This document shows, piece after piece, positions 39,746-49,709 of a stretch of 58,690 bases of DNA. The translations under genes were made by a program, and so were the position numbers. Position 1 is the stretch's first letter. Each line of letters begins with the position of its first letter. A model generated the notes under the pieces. The model saw only the letters and a list, made by a program, of their open reading frames with translations, had not been told where the DNA came from and ran no database searches. Source of the DNA: Labilibaculum sp. (lineage in GTDB: Bacteria > Bacteroidota > Bacteroidia > Bacteroidales > Marinifilaceae); contig JAQBBZ010000051.1 of NCBI GenBank assembly GCA_032125735.1, forward strand, positions 1 through 58,690, in the 5' to 3' direction.

Positions 39746-42220
39746 TTACATCGGATCCACATCAAAATTCACTTGAATGGATTTAAATTGATCCATGCTT
39801 TTTAAATGATTTGCGTGTTGATTTAAAATCCATTTGGCTTTCGCAGGTGAACTTTTCTTTTCTATTTTTAAAAGAATATTAACGATGTAAAAGTTTTGAA
39901 TTCGATTAATAACAGGCGATTGAGGGCCAATTATACGAATGCCAAAAACTTTACGTAATGATCTGGCAAGGATTTCCGCGGCCTGATTCATTAATGTTTG
40001 ATTTTTGTGTTTCAAGCAGATGTTGATCAATCGATAGTAGGGTGGATAATAATATTCTTTTCTTTCTGCTAATTGATCATTATACATGGAGACATAATCG
40101 TTGCCAATTACATTTTTAATGATCGGGTGCTCTGGAGTGTAAGTTTGAATCAACACTTTTCCTCTTTTCTTTTTTCGGCCAGCACGACCAGAAACCTGAG
40201 CCATCATCTGAAAGCTGCGCTCGTAGGCGCGGTAATCCGGATAATTAAGCATCGAGTCGGCATTTAAAACACCAACTAAACTTACATTATCAAAATCGAG
40301 ACCTTTCGAAACCATCTGTGTGCCCACTAAAATATCGAGTTCATTGTTTTCGAATTTGTAAATGAGCTTTTCGTAGGCCATCTTTTTTCGAGTGGTATCC
40401 AAATCCATTCGTGCAATTCGTGCATCAGGAAAGAAGCCCGTTAATTCCTCTTCAATTTTTTCTGTTCCAAATCCTCTGTCTTCAATTTCGGTTGAGCTGC
40501 AATGCTCACAACTTGTTGGCGGATGAATATTGTGTGCACAGTAATGGCAAACCAATTGATTGTTGTATCGATGATAAGTTAGGCTAACCGAGCAGTTTGG
40601 ACAATGAGGAACCCATCCACAGCTTTTGCATTCCAAATAGGGAGAATATCCTCTTCTGTTCTGAAATAAAATAATTTGTTCCTTATTCTCCAGGCAATTC
40701 TCCATCATTTGCATGAGTTGAGGAGAGAACATGGATTTCATCTGTTTTTTTCGCGTTGCTTCTTTTATATCAGCAATAATTATTTCGGGCATTTCCAAAT
40801 TTTGGTGTCGCTGAAATAATTCGACCAAACCATACTTACCTGTTTTTGCATTGAAGTAAGTTTCTATTGCCGGTGTAGCAGTACCCAATAAGGTTTTTGC
40901 CTGATGCAGATGAGCCAGATAAAGAGAAGCATCGCGTGCATGATATCTGGGTGCCGGATCAAATTGTTTGTAAGTGGTTTCGTGCTCTTCATCAACAATA
41001 ATCAAACCTAAGTTTTTAAAAGGAAGGAATATTGATGATCGAACCCCAAGAATAACCTGATAGGCATTTTCAGGATCATTCTGATTGATGTTGTTGTAGA
41101 TTTCTACGCGTTCCGCATCGTTAAATTTAGAATGATAGATTCCTACTTTATTTCCAAATACAGTTCGTAAGCGGTTAATGATTTGAGTTGTTAGAGCAAT
41201 TTCGGGCAGAAGGTAAAGAACCTGTTTGCCCTGTTGCAATTGCTCTTGAATCAAATGAATGTAGATCTCGGTTTTACCGCTCGAAGTTACTCCATGCAAC
41301 AGTACACAATTCTTTTCCTCGAAATGCTTCCGTGTTTCAGTAATTGCTTTTTGTTGGTACTTATTCAATTCCTTAAGTCCCGAAGTTTCCGTTTGAGAAA
41401 GATCAATTCGATCCAGTTTCTCATGATAAATTTCAAGAATATTTTTTTCGATTAAACCTCTTAAAATTCCTTTCGATAGATCAACAGATTTTAGAAGTTT
41501 CATCACCGACACTTTCTGAGGAATTTCTTCGAAATAGTGTTTGGAAAGATTGAGGTAGGAGAGAAGAATCTCCTGTTGTTTCTTAGCTCTTTTTAAGCTG
41601 TCAATTAGTTCGCCAATTTCTGTTTCAGTGAAATCAGATGCCAGGCGAACAAATTCCTTCTTTTTCTCTTTGTAGGTGTTGATGATTTGTTCTTCGATAG
41701 AAACAGCTCCTTTTTCAAGCAATGCTTTTACTTGAGGGAGCGTATTTTTTAGTCCTGTTGCCTGATTTAAGGTGGAAATGCTTACATCTTTTGAATGCTT
41801 TAGTACATTCAGAATTTGTTCCTCGGTTTTGCTCAGAGTTTCTTGTGCCTGAAAATCTTCATTGGCAGTTATCTTGGTCTGGCTTTCCAACTTTAATCCG
41901 GAAGGGAGAGCCGCCTTAAAAACATCACCTATTGTACACTGATAGTATTGTGAAATCCAATCCCAAAAATTGAATTGAAAGGAATTAATAATTGGAAATT
42001 CATCCAGACAAGTAATAATGTCTTTGGTTGAATAATCCGTTGGAGGAGTATTGTGAATGCTTTTTACAATCGCAGTGTAGAATTTTTTACTGCCGAAAGG
42101 AACAACTACCCTTTTTCCAATGGCCACATCAGCTTTCAATTCCTCTGGAATAGAGTAGGTAAAAAGCTGGGCCAATGGAAGTGGCAGTATGATATCTGCA
42201 AATTCGGTAGTCTTGTTCAT
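39746..42220 (-). CDS. priA: Primosomal protein N' (replication restart helicase)
   Basis: GVTSSGKT, DEEH, four CxxC and QVSGRAGR motifs. ATG at 42220 supported by TAACTTTG at 42239-42246. Confidence 0.96.
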   Translation of the reverse strand: MNKTTEFADIILPLPLAQLFTYSIPEELKADVAIGKRVVVPFGSKKFYTAIVKSIHNTPPTDYSTKDIITCLDEFPIINSFQFNFWDWISQYYQCTIGDVFKAALPSGLKLESQTKITANEDFQAQETLSKTEEQILNVLKHSKDVSISTLNQATGLKNTLPQVKALLEKGAVSIEEQIINTYKEKKKEFVRLASDFTETEIGELIDSLKRAKKQQEILLSYLNLSKHYFEEIPQKVSVMKLLKSVDLSKGILRGLIEKNILEIYHEKLDRIDLSQTETSGLKELNKYQQKAITETRKHFEEKNCVLLHGVTSSGKTEIYIHLIQEQLQQGKQVLYLLPEIALTTQIINRLRTVFGNKVGIYHSKFNDAERVEIYNNINQNDPENAYQVILGVRSSIFLPFKNLGLIIVDEEHETTYKQFDPAPRYHARDASLYLAHLHQAKTLLGTATPAIETYFNAKTGKYGLVELFQRHQNLEMPEIIIADIKEATRKKQMKSMFSPQLMQMMENCLENKEQIILFQNRRGYSPYLECKSCGWVPHCPNCSVSLTYHRYNNQLVCHYCAHNIHPPTSCEHCSSTEIEDRGFGTEKIEEELTGFFPDARIARMDLDTTRKKMAYEKLIYKFENNELDILVGTQMVSKGLDFDNVSLVGVLNADSMLNYPDYRAYERSFQMMAQVSGRAGRKKKRGKVLIQTYTPEHPIIKNVIGNDYVSMYNDQLAERKEYYYPPYYRLINICLKHKNQTLMNQAAEILARSLRKVFGIRIIGPQSPVINRIQNFYIVNILLKIEKKSSPAKAKWILNQHANHLKSMDQFKSIQVNFDVDPM

Positions 42221-42332
42221 TAAAGTGTGTATTTTGCTCAAAGTTATGAGTTCTGATTAGAATCTCATCATTTGGGCATTAATTCCTGACAGGAAAAATA
42301 AGCATGAACAAAAACCACCGTTCTCGGATAAT

Positions 42333-44180
42333 TTAGATAGAAAGAATATCGTTGAGACTCAATAGAGAATCCTTCACTTTCTTTTTATTTTTAATTGCTT
42401 TGTTGAATGAAACATGCGAAACTTCACCGTTTACCATTCCTACCATGATACTCTTCTGATCATCCAGTAATGCATCAACTGCAGCAACACCTAAAGTAGA
42501 AGCCGTAACACGGTCGAAAGCCGATGGAGAACCACCTCTTTGCATGTGACCTAATACGGAAACACGGATATCGTATTCAGGATGTTCTTTCCCAATTTCC
42601 TGAGCAATTGTATAAGCTCCACCAGATTTATCACCTTCGGCTACAATTACAATACCACTCGATTTGTGTTCTTTGTACCCTTTTTCAAGGTATCTTTGCA
42701 GATCTTGAGTATGAGTTTCTCTTTCAGGAATCAAAATGGCTTCCGCTCCTGTAGCAATACCACTTCGTAAAGCAATAAAACCAGCATCACGTCCCATTAC
42801 TTCAATAAAGAATAAACGGTTGTGAGCACTCGCAGTATCACGTATCTTATCAACAGCTTCAATTACAGTATTGATAGCTGTATCGTAACCAATGGTATAA
42901 TCAGTCCCGTACAAATCATTGTCGATAGTCCCCGGAATTCCCACTACAGGGATATCATATTCCTGAGTAAAAATACGTGCTCCTGAAAATGTTCCATCTC
43001 CACCAATAACAACAAGAGCATCTATTTTGTTGGCAATCATTTGCTCGTGTGCTTTTTTTCTGCCCTCTACGGTTCTAAATTCATTACTTCTGGCCGAACG
43101 AAGAATAGTTCCTCCTCTTTGAATAATGTTGCTTACATCATGAGATTTCATTTTTTTGAATTCACCATTAATTAAGCCTTCGTATCCTTGCATTATACCT
43201 ACAACGTCAAGTTTGTTGTAGATAGCAGCACGTACAACAGCTCTGATGGCTGCATTCATTCCCGGAGCATCGCCTCCTGAAGTTAGAACTCCAATTTTCT
43301 TAATTTTAGACATGCTTAAATCGCTTTTGTTTTCAAGTTTTATTTTTTCCATTGTTTCATTCATCAGCCAGGTGGGAGTAGATGTTGCTCCACTTACACC
43401 AACCGAATTTGCGTTTAGAAACCAATCCATGTTCAGTTCATCAGGGCAAGTGATAAAGTGGCTGTTTTGATTTGTTTTTTTACATACGTCGAACAGCAAT
43501 TTTCCATTCGAACTCTTTTCCCCACTTACAAATATGATCACATCGTGTTTTTTGGCAAATTCCTCCAATAGAGGAACACGATTTGATACCTTTCGGCAAA
43601 TGGTGTCGTTGATATTAAGACTACTTTTGCATTTTTTTTTCAGATATTCTGAAATTTCAGCAAAGCCAGTAATCGTTTTTGTTGTCTGTGAAAACAATAC
43701 AACAGGTAAGTTGAAATTCACCAATTTCAGATCTTCTGTGTTTTCAACAACAATTGCTTTGCCTTCGGTTTGACCTACCAGACCGTTTACCTCTGCATGA
43801 CCTTTTTTGCCGTATATTATTATTTGTCCGTTTGATTCCAGAATCTCGCGGTACGCTTTTTTTATTTTTTTCTGCAAGTTTAAAACTACAGGACAAGAAG
43901 CATCAATAACTTCGATGTTTTGCTTTTTGGCAATTTCATAGGAGATAGGAGGCTCCCCATGTGCTCGAAATAAAACTTTTTTTCCTGATAATTTCGAAAA
44001 CTGATCGTGATTGATTGATTTTAATCCCTGAGCAGTAAGACGATCCACTTCAAGATTGTTGTGAACGATGTCACCAATACAGTAGAGTCGATTTTCCTCT
44101 TTCAGTATTTCTTCTGCTTTATTTATGGCATTTACTACACCAAAGCAGAATCCAGCGTTCGAATCTATTTCAATCTTCAT
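42333..44180 (-). CDS. ispH-pfkA: In-frame fusion of 4-hydroxy-3-methylbut-2-enyl diphosphate reductase (aa 1-289) and ATP-dependent 6-phosphofructokinase (from Met at 43313)
   Basis: IspH motifs GFCFGV, DASCP, DTIC, SSN, GATSTP. PfkA motifs TSGGDAPGMN, GGDGT, GTIDND, EVMGR. No stop at the junction. Confidence 0.9.
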   Translation of the reverse strand: MKIEIDSNAGFCFGVVNAINKAEEILKEENRLYCIGDIVHNNLEVDRLTAQGLKSINHDQFSKLSGKKVLFRAHGEPPISYEIAKKQNIEVIDASCPVVLNLQKKIKKAYREILESNGQIIIYGKKGHAEVNGLVGQTEGKAIVVENTEDLKLVNFNLPVVLFSQTTKTITGFAEISEYLKKKCKSSLNINDTICRKVSNRVPLLEEFAKKHDVIIFVSGEKSSNGKLLFDVCKKTNQNSHFITCPDELNMDWFLNANSVGVSGATSTPTWLMNETMEKIKLENKSDLSMSKIKKIGVLTSGGDAPGMNAAIRAVVRAAIYNKLDVVGIMQGYEGLINGEFKKMKSHDVSNIIQRGGTILRSARSNEFRTVEGRKKAHEQMIANKIDALVVIGGDGTFSGARIFTQEYDIPVVGIPGTIDNDLYGTDYTIGYDTAINTVIEAVDKIRDTASAHNRLFFIEVMGRDAGFIALRSGIATGAEAILIPERETHTQDLQRYLEKGYKEHKSSGIVIVAEGDKSGGAYTIAQEIGKEHPEYDIRVSVLGHMQRGGSPSAFDRVTASTLGVAAVDALLDDQKSIMVGMVNGEVSHVSFNKAIKNKKKVKDSLLSLNDILSI

Positions 44181-44202
44181 TCTCTAATTCCTATTCTGTT
44201 GA

Positions 44203-44898
44203 TTACTTAATCTCATTCATGCGATCAACAATCCAATCCAATTGTTCTTCTGGAGTCAAGTGACTGTTGTTAAGAACAATTGCATCATCAGCTTTTCGGA
44301 GCGGACTTTCATCACGATTTTCATCGATAAAATCCCTTTTCGAAACATTCTCTCTGATTTCATCCAAAGAAATATTTTCTCCTTTATCTTTTAGTTCTTT
44401 ATAGCGACGAATGGCTCTTATTTCCACATCGGCAGTCATAAATATCTTTAAATCGGCATTCGGAAATACAACTGTTCCAATGTCTCTGCCATCCATTATT
44501 ACTCCACCTTCTTTGCTCAACTCACGCTGGAAAGCCACCATTTTTTCGCGAACAAATTTGATTTTTGCGATCAAACTAACATGGTTCGAAACATCCATTT
44601 TTCGAATCTCATCTTCAATCAATTCGGCATTTAAATAAGTTTCGTGACGCTGTTTTTCAGTATTGTACTGAAAAGATATGTTTACTTGAGCGATTAAATG
44701 AGCTAACTTGTTCTCATCTACTTTGTCATTGGAAATTAAGTTGTTACGCATTGCAAAAAGAGTAACCACTCTATACATTGCACCACTATCGATATAAGTG
44801 TATCCAATTTTTTTCGCCAAATCTTTGGCAACAGTACTTTTTCCGCACGACGAATGTCCGTCAATTGCTATAATTAGTTTCTTTTCAGGTATATCCAT
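44203..44898 (-). CDS. cmk: Cytidylate kinase
   Basis: IAIDGHSSCGKST, DSGAMYR and DGRDIGTVVFP motifs; TACTTTTG box at 44936-44943. Confidence 0.96.
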   Translation of the reverse strand: MDIPEKKLIIAIDGHSSCGKSTVAKDLAKKIGYTYIDSGAMYRVVTLFAMRNNLISNDKVDENKLAHLIAQVNISFQYNTEKQRHETYLNAELIEDEIRKMDVSNHVSLIAKIKFVREKMVAFQRELSKEGGVIMDGRDIGTVVFPNADLKIFMTADVEIRAIRRYKELKDKGENISLDEIRENVSKRDFIDENRDESPLRKADDAIVLNNSHLTPEEQLDWIVDRMNEIK

Positions 44899-45047
44899 TC
44901 TATGTTATTGCTCGAATTTTTTGTGCAATTGAGTACAAAAGTATAAAGAAAATCCATCAAAATATGAGAAATGGTACTAAAAAAGAGGGGTGTGAAAGAT
45001 TACAGTTCGTTGTAAACGATTGCAATGCGCTATTTGAATTGATTATT

Positions 45048-46073
45048 TTAGAAATTAAAGTCGCTTAGGCGGGTACTTATCGAGAAATGATTGCTCGCGC
45101 CAGCTAAATGATACTTCGCAGAAGCGAAATTTACCCGGAAACGGGAAACTTTTACTCCGAATCCCCAGGTGAATCCAACGGTAGAGGTTTTTTCATCTAC
45201 TTTAAGTTCTACTCTTCGTTGAAAGTTGTAGCCTAATCGAATGCTGAAGTTTTTCGATGGCAAAAATTCAGTACCTAAAATAAGGTGTTTAAAAGCTTTG
45301 TCGGAGAAACTGTCTTTGTTTGATTTTGAAAAGGAATCGTCTTTACTATTTAATTCTGATTCGTAGCTCATGTCGAATTCTTCCAAATGGCGATAGGTGA
45401 GCGCAAAACGGAAAGGCGCGTGTTGCAGTTTAGTGCTCATTCCAATCAAAATTTCATTCGGGAGATCTTCTCGATGCGATCCGTAGTAAGCTTTTATTTG
45501 ATAGCCAAAATTTCGTGCAACAATCGAGGCTCTGAATAGTTCATTGGAGCTGTCGTAGATCAAAGCCAAATCGGCCGCCAAGCCAAAAGAGCTGTATTTC
45601 TCTAATGACGAATAGATTTGTTTAACAGAAGCTCCTACCCGAAAATTTGTATTTAATTGTCGACCATAACTAAGAATAAGGGCATAATCGGAAGCTTTAA
45701 AATTACCAGTTCGTTCTCCAAACTCGTTTGCTTCAATAAATTTTCCATAGTTCACGTAATGCATGGCTAACGAAAAGGTGCCTATCTTCGCGTAATCCTT
45801 GGTGTAGGAAGCGTATCCGTAATTAATATCTGTAATGTAATTAACGTAATTCAATGCTACATTTTGGTCTAAATCAGGATGAAGAGCTGCAGGATTATAA
45901 AAGGAATAGTCAGCATCAACATCGCCTAATGCAATTTGATCCCCCCCCATGGCAGCAACTCTGGCCGAACTTCCCAAATTCAGGAATTCGTAGATGTTCT
46001 CACCACCACTTTGAGCTTTCGTTGAAAGGCTTGTAATAAGGGAGACGAAGAATAGAATTACCGTTTTATTCAT
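45048..46073 (-). CDS. porQ: Type IX secretion system protein PorQ
   Basis: Signal peptide, YEFLN..SARVAAMGG, NPA.L, KLQHAPFR and LGYNFQRR; sits upstream of cmk as I recall for other Bacteroidota. Confidence 0.8.
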   Translation of the reverse strand: MNKTVILFFVSLITSLSTKAQSGGENIYEFLNLGSSARVAAMGGDQIALGDVDADYSFYNPAALHPDLDQNVALNYVNYITDINYGYASYTKDYAKIGTFSLAMHYVNYGKFIEANEFGERTGNFKASDYALILSYGRQLNTNFRVGASVKQIYSSLEKYSSFGLAADLALIYDSSNELFRASIVARNFGYQIKAYYGSHREDLPNEILIGMSTKLQHAPFRFALTYRHLEEFDMSYESELNSKDDSFSKSNKDSFSDKAFKHLILGTEFLPSKNFSIRLGYNFQRRVELKVDEKTSTVGFTWGFGVKVSRFRVNFASAKYHLAGASNHFSISTRLSDFNF

Positions 46074-46128
46074 GAAATTGATTGCTTATGCATTCTAAAG
46101 ATAGAAATCGGATTGAAAAGATTCTTGC

Positions 46129-46635
46129 TTACAGTAGTTCTTTTTTCTTTTTAAGGCGATCCACAACTTCAAAGACAGCGGGGCAGTAATGTGTATTTTT
46201 TAATGTGAGATCGAGTATTTGGTAAAAGCGTTTGCGATCGGTATGTGGATATTCCCGGCAAGCACGAGGGCGATTTTCATACACCATGCAATAATTGTCA
46301 GACATCAGGAACGGACAGGGAGTTTCTTTAAAAACATAGTCGTTTTCATTATCCATATACAGATATTGTTGGATGAACTGCTGAGGTTTCATTCGAAATT
46401 GTTTTGCCAAACGTTCAACGTCCTTATCGATAACAACTGGGCTAATACTTTTGCAGCAATTCGCACATTCCAAACAATCCAACTCTTCAAATACTTCATC
46501 GTGAAGCGCATGAACAATGGAGTCTAATTGTTTTGGTTGCTTCTTTTTTATTTTTGCGAACAATTCTTTGGTTGCAGGTTCGGTGATTTTTACGTTCTGC
46601 CTCAACAGCTCTAAATCGATCTTTATTTTGCTCAT
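46129..46635 (-). CDS. YkgJ family cysteine-cluster protein
   Basis: CLECANCC ... CPFL...YC.VYE.RP.ACREYP. Confidence 0.88.
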   Translation of the reverse strand: MSKIKIDLELLRQNVKITEPATKELFAKIKKKQPKQLDSIVHALHDEVFEELDCLECANCCKSISPVVIDKDVERLAKQFRMKPQQFIQQYLYMDNENDYVFKETPCPFLMSDNYCMVYENRPRACREYPHTDRKRFYQILDLTLKNTHYCPAVFEVVDRLKKKKELL

Positions 46636-47039
46636 TATTTGATTCTGTTTTTTTTAAAATTCAGTTTGCGATAAAAATAAACCGCAAATCACAATAGATA
46701 TCCTAAGCATTTACTGGAAGTTAAGGAATTTATTGAGTGCAAAAATAGCCGTAAAAATTGGAATTATATTGATGAGGCTATTGGTTTTTGTAATTCGAAT
46801 CTGATTGAAGCCATAAGTGAATAGTGTTGGTGTGAATAGGTGGAGTCATGCTTTGGTTATTGGCTGTGTGTTCGGGAGGTGTTGAAAATTAGGTGTGAAA
46901 GAGTAATTAGTAAATTGTATGCTCCAGAGCGAATATGTATATGATCATAACACGTTTTGATTTTATAGAATATCATCCTAAGTGTGAATGTTATAACTTA
47001 AATCTACAATTATACAACAACTACCGGACTTAATGCCTT

Positions 47040-47047
47040 TACATTTG
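47040..47047 (+). promoter_or_regulatory. Sigma-A -7 box of the ice-binding protein gene
   Basis: TACATTTG 40 nt upstream of the ATG. Confidence 0.55.
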
Positions 47048-47086
47048 TTCCGTGAGAATAGTTCACAAAAATGAATAAATGAAAGT

Positions 47087-47893
47087 ATGAATATTAAAAA
47101 ACTTTTTCCGATACTTGGTATAGCAGTTATTGCGTTAACAGTAGGTTGCGACAAAGATGATTCGATCGACACCAATACCAATACTGATAATCCAATAATA
47201 ATTCCGATTCAAACAACAGTACAAACTGCTGTAAACCTTAGGTCAGCCGGCGATTATGTTATTTTAGCTGGTTCCGGTATCTCAAATGTACCCGCCTCAG
47301 AAATTACAGGGAATATTGGGTTAAGCCCTGCTGCTGGGTCTTTCCTAACAGGATTTTCAGAAACACTTCCAGTTGGAGGAGCTTCTTCAGTATCTGCTCA
47401 AGTGACTGGCGGTTTGTTTGCATCCAATTATGCGGTTCCAACTCCTTCTAACTTAACAACAGCTAAAGGTGATTTAACTACTGCATACAACGATGCTGCA
47501 GGAAGAACCAGCACTGATATAGTGCTTTTAGCAGGAAATATTGGTGGACTAACATTAGCACCTGGTCTTTACAAATCAAATGGTGCACTTGAAATATCAT
47601 CAGGCAACCTTACTTTTGATGCAAAGGGAGATGCCAGTGCGGTATTTATTATTCAGATAGCATCTACATTAACAACAACATCCGGACGTCAGGTTATTCT
47701 TAGTGGAGGAGCCTTAGCATCGAACATTTTTTGGCAGGTGGGTACTTCAGCTACTATTGGAACCACCTCAATATTCAAAGGAATCATTATGGCTGATCAA
47801 TCAATATCATTAAATACAGGAGCAACTGTTAATGGTAGATTGTTAGCAAGAATAGGTGAGATAACCTTAGAAGGAAACACAATTAGTCAATAA
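47087..47893 (+). CDS. DUF3494 ice-binding lipoprotein
   Basis: Lipobox LTVGC followed by DKDD. DUF3494 motifs VNLRSAGDYVILA, TGNIGLSP, AYNDAAGR, TLAPGLYK, FIIQI, NIFWQV and GRLLA. Confidence 0.92.
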   Translation: MNIKKLFPILGIAVIALTVGCDKDDSIDTNTNTDNPIIIPIQTTVQTAVNLRSAGDYVILAGSGISNVPASEITGNIGLSPAAGSFLTGFSETLPVGGASSVSAQVTGGLFASNYAVPTPSNLTTAKGDLTTAYNDAAGRTSTDIVLLAGNIGGLTLAPGLYKSNGALEISSGNLTFDAKGDASAVFIIQIASTLTTTSGRQVILSGGALASNIFWQVGTSATIGTTSIFKGIIMADQSISLNTGATVNGRLLARIGEITLEGNTISQ

Positions 47894-47916
47894 TATTAAT
47901 TTGATGAATTAAAGAG

Positions 47917-47944
47917 GCGCTGCATACTATGCAGCGCTTTTTTT
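47917..47944 (+). terminator. Terminator of the ice-binding protein gene
   Basis: GCGCTGCATA-C-TATGCAGCGC followed by a T-run. Confidence 0.85.
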
Positions 47945-48115
47945 ATGTGACTGATAATTCAATCATTGCACTGATTCCTTTGTGGCGAAAGCGGTCATTG
48001 AAGCTCTTTACCATTCCAAACTATTATCAAAGCAATGTTTGTAAAATCATCTTACTTCCAAAGGTAATTGTTGAGTTGTAATTCAGATAATAATTTCGCT
48101 TTGCTTTCCCTTTTT

Positions 48116-48188
48116 CTTTCCTCAGGAAAACAAAACCCCTTTAAAATCAAAAGGTTTTGTTTTTTTTTAAGCAGAGAGGAAGGGATTT
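48116..48188 (-). repeat. tRNA-Ser 3'-end-like fragment plus hairpin (att-like scar), copy A
   Basis: Plus strand ...AAAACCCCTTTAAAATCAAAAGGTTTTG...GCAGAGAGGAAGGGATT; degenerate direct repeat of 49622-49692. Confidence 0.65.
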
Positions 48189-48331
48189 GGAAGGTAAGAT
48201 TAGGGTAAAAGAATGAAGCGGTACTGTGTAGATATTATAATATATGTAAGCTGTTGAGATATGGGAGTTGTTCAGACTATTATTAAATAGAATAGTATTT
48301 ATAATATGGTATTTTATCTATATATTAGATT

Positions 48332-49570
48332 ATGCTTAAATTACACAATAGAATTATTAGGATTCTTCTTGCATTTCCAAGAAGGTTTTTCCCCAAGTCT
48401 CAAACTCTAAATTTAAGATATGAAGAAGACAATGATCTCTATTTTAAATTGGTTCAAAACGCCCCGGTTGGCTTGTTTCAGACTACACCAAAAGGTCAGA
48501 TTATCAGTGTGAATCCAGCAATTTTAAAAATGTTGAAATATGATTCATTGGAGGATCTTTTAAAAAGAGATTTATCAAATGGGGGGTATGTGGACGAGGA
48601 TAAAAGAGCAGAATTTAAGCAGATATTAGAAGAAAAAGGGGAAGTTATTAATTTTCAATCGGAATGGTACACTAAAGATGGAGAAATTATTTATGTAAGA
48701 GAAGGAGCACATGCAGTAAGAGATAATTCAGGAATAATTTATAGGTATGATGGATATGTTGAGAATATTACGGATCTAATTTTGACGCAAAAGGAGTTGG
48801 TAAAGGCAAAAATAGAAGCAGAAAAATCGAATAAGTTAAAATCAGCATTTTTGACAAATATTAGTCATGAAATTCGAACACCAATGAATAGTATTTTGGG
48901 TTTCTCATACTTACTTGAAGATTCGATGTTAATCAAAGAATCACAATTAAAATATATAGCTGTCATCCGAAAAAGTGGTGAGCGAATGCTAAATACATTA
49001 AATGAACTTATTCAAATATCAAGGATAGAAACAGGATGTATTGATATTCGGATCACGGAAGTAAATATTTCTGAGAAAATGAAAGAACTTTATAATTCAT
49101 TTAAAAAGGAGACGGAAGAAAAGCACCTTAGATTTTCTTATGAAAATAATATTCAAGAGAAAGAAAACATAATACATTCGGATGAAGAGAAGTTAAGTGT
49201 TATACTCTTCAATTTAATTTCAAATGCTATTCAATACACAAACCAAGGAAGTATTAAGTTTGGGTGTGATACCAAAAATGAAGAGATTGAGTTTTATGTA
49301 ATTGATACAGGTATTGGGATTTCATCTGTAAATCAAGAGTTTGTTTTCAGCTGTTTCCAACGTGTTGAAACAGGAAAAGAATTTATTATTGAAGGGACTG
49401 GTTTAGGCTTAACTATTGCCAAAGAATATGTGGAAATGCTTGGAGGAATGATAAGAGTTAAATCGGTTGAAGGAGAAGGATCTGAGTTTCACTTTACTTT
49501 ACCGGCCAAATATGATAAGAAATCATTTCAATCCAATCACCTATCCGGCTCATCAGCCAAGATAGAATAA
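48332..49570 (+). CDS. Orphan PAS-domain sensor histidine kinase
   Basis: One PAS/PAC, H-box ISHEIRTPMN, N-box NLISNA, DTGIG and GTGLGL; no receiver domain. Confidence 0.92.
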   Translation: MLKLHNRIIRILLAFPRRFFPKSQTLNLRYEEDNDLYFKLVQNAPVGLFQTTPKGQIISVNPAILKMLKYDSLEDLLKRDLSNGGYVDEDKRAEFKQILEEKGEVINFQSEWYTKDGEIIYVREGAHAVRDNSGIIYRYDGYVENITDLILTQKELVKAKIEAEKSNKLKSAFLTNISHEIRTPMNSILGFSYLLEDSMLIKESQLKYIAVIRKSGERMLNTLNELIQISRIETGCIDIRITEVNISEKMKELYNSFKKETEEKHLRFSYENNIQEKENIIHSDEEKLSVILFNLISNAIQYTNQGSIKFGCDTKNEEIEFYVIDTGIGISSVNQEFVFSCFQRVETGKEFIIEGTGLGLTIAKEYVEMLGGMIRVKSVEGEGSEFHFTLPAKYDKKSFQSNHLSGSSAKIE

Positions 49571-49621
49571 ATGCCCTGTGTAGTTCTGCTTTAGTAAAGA
49601 GTCTTATTAATTATTGTTTTA

Positions 49622-49692
49622 CTTTCCCCTGAAAAACAAAATCTCTTGAAAATCAAGGGGATTGTTGTTTTGAAGCGGAGAGGGAGGAATCC
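49622..49692 (-). repeat. tRNA-Ser 3'-end-like fragment plus hairpin (att-like scar), copy B
   Basis: Plus strand ...AAAATCTCTTGAAAATCAAGGGGATT...GCGGAGAGGGAGGAATCC. Its reverse complement resembles the tRNA-Ser 3' end GAATCCCTCCCTCTCCGC. Confidence 0.65.
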
Positions 49693-49709
49693 TGACAATA
49701 TTGGCTTAA

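Noticed and set aside
46889-46903. TAGGTGTGAAAGA as a tRNA-His att duplicate marking the islet's left end
   Set aside because: It needs a gap and matches only about 11 nt, which is too weak.
47945-48115. Possible pseudogene fragment between the ice-binding gene and scar A
   Set aside because: Minus-strand frames contain stops and no recognisable motif; BLASTX would be needed.
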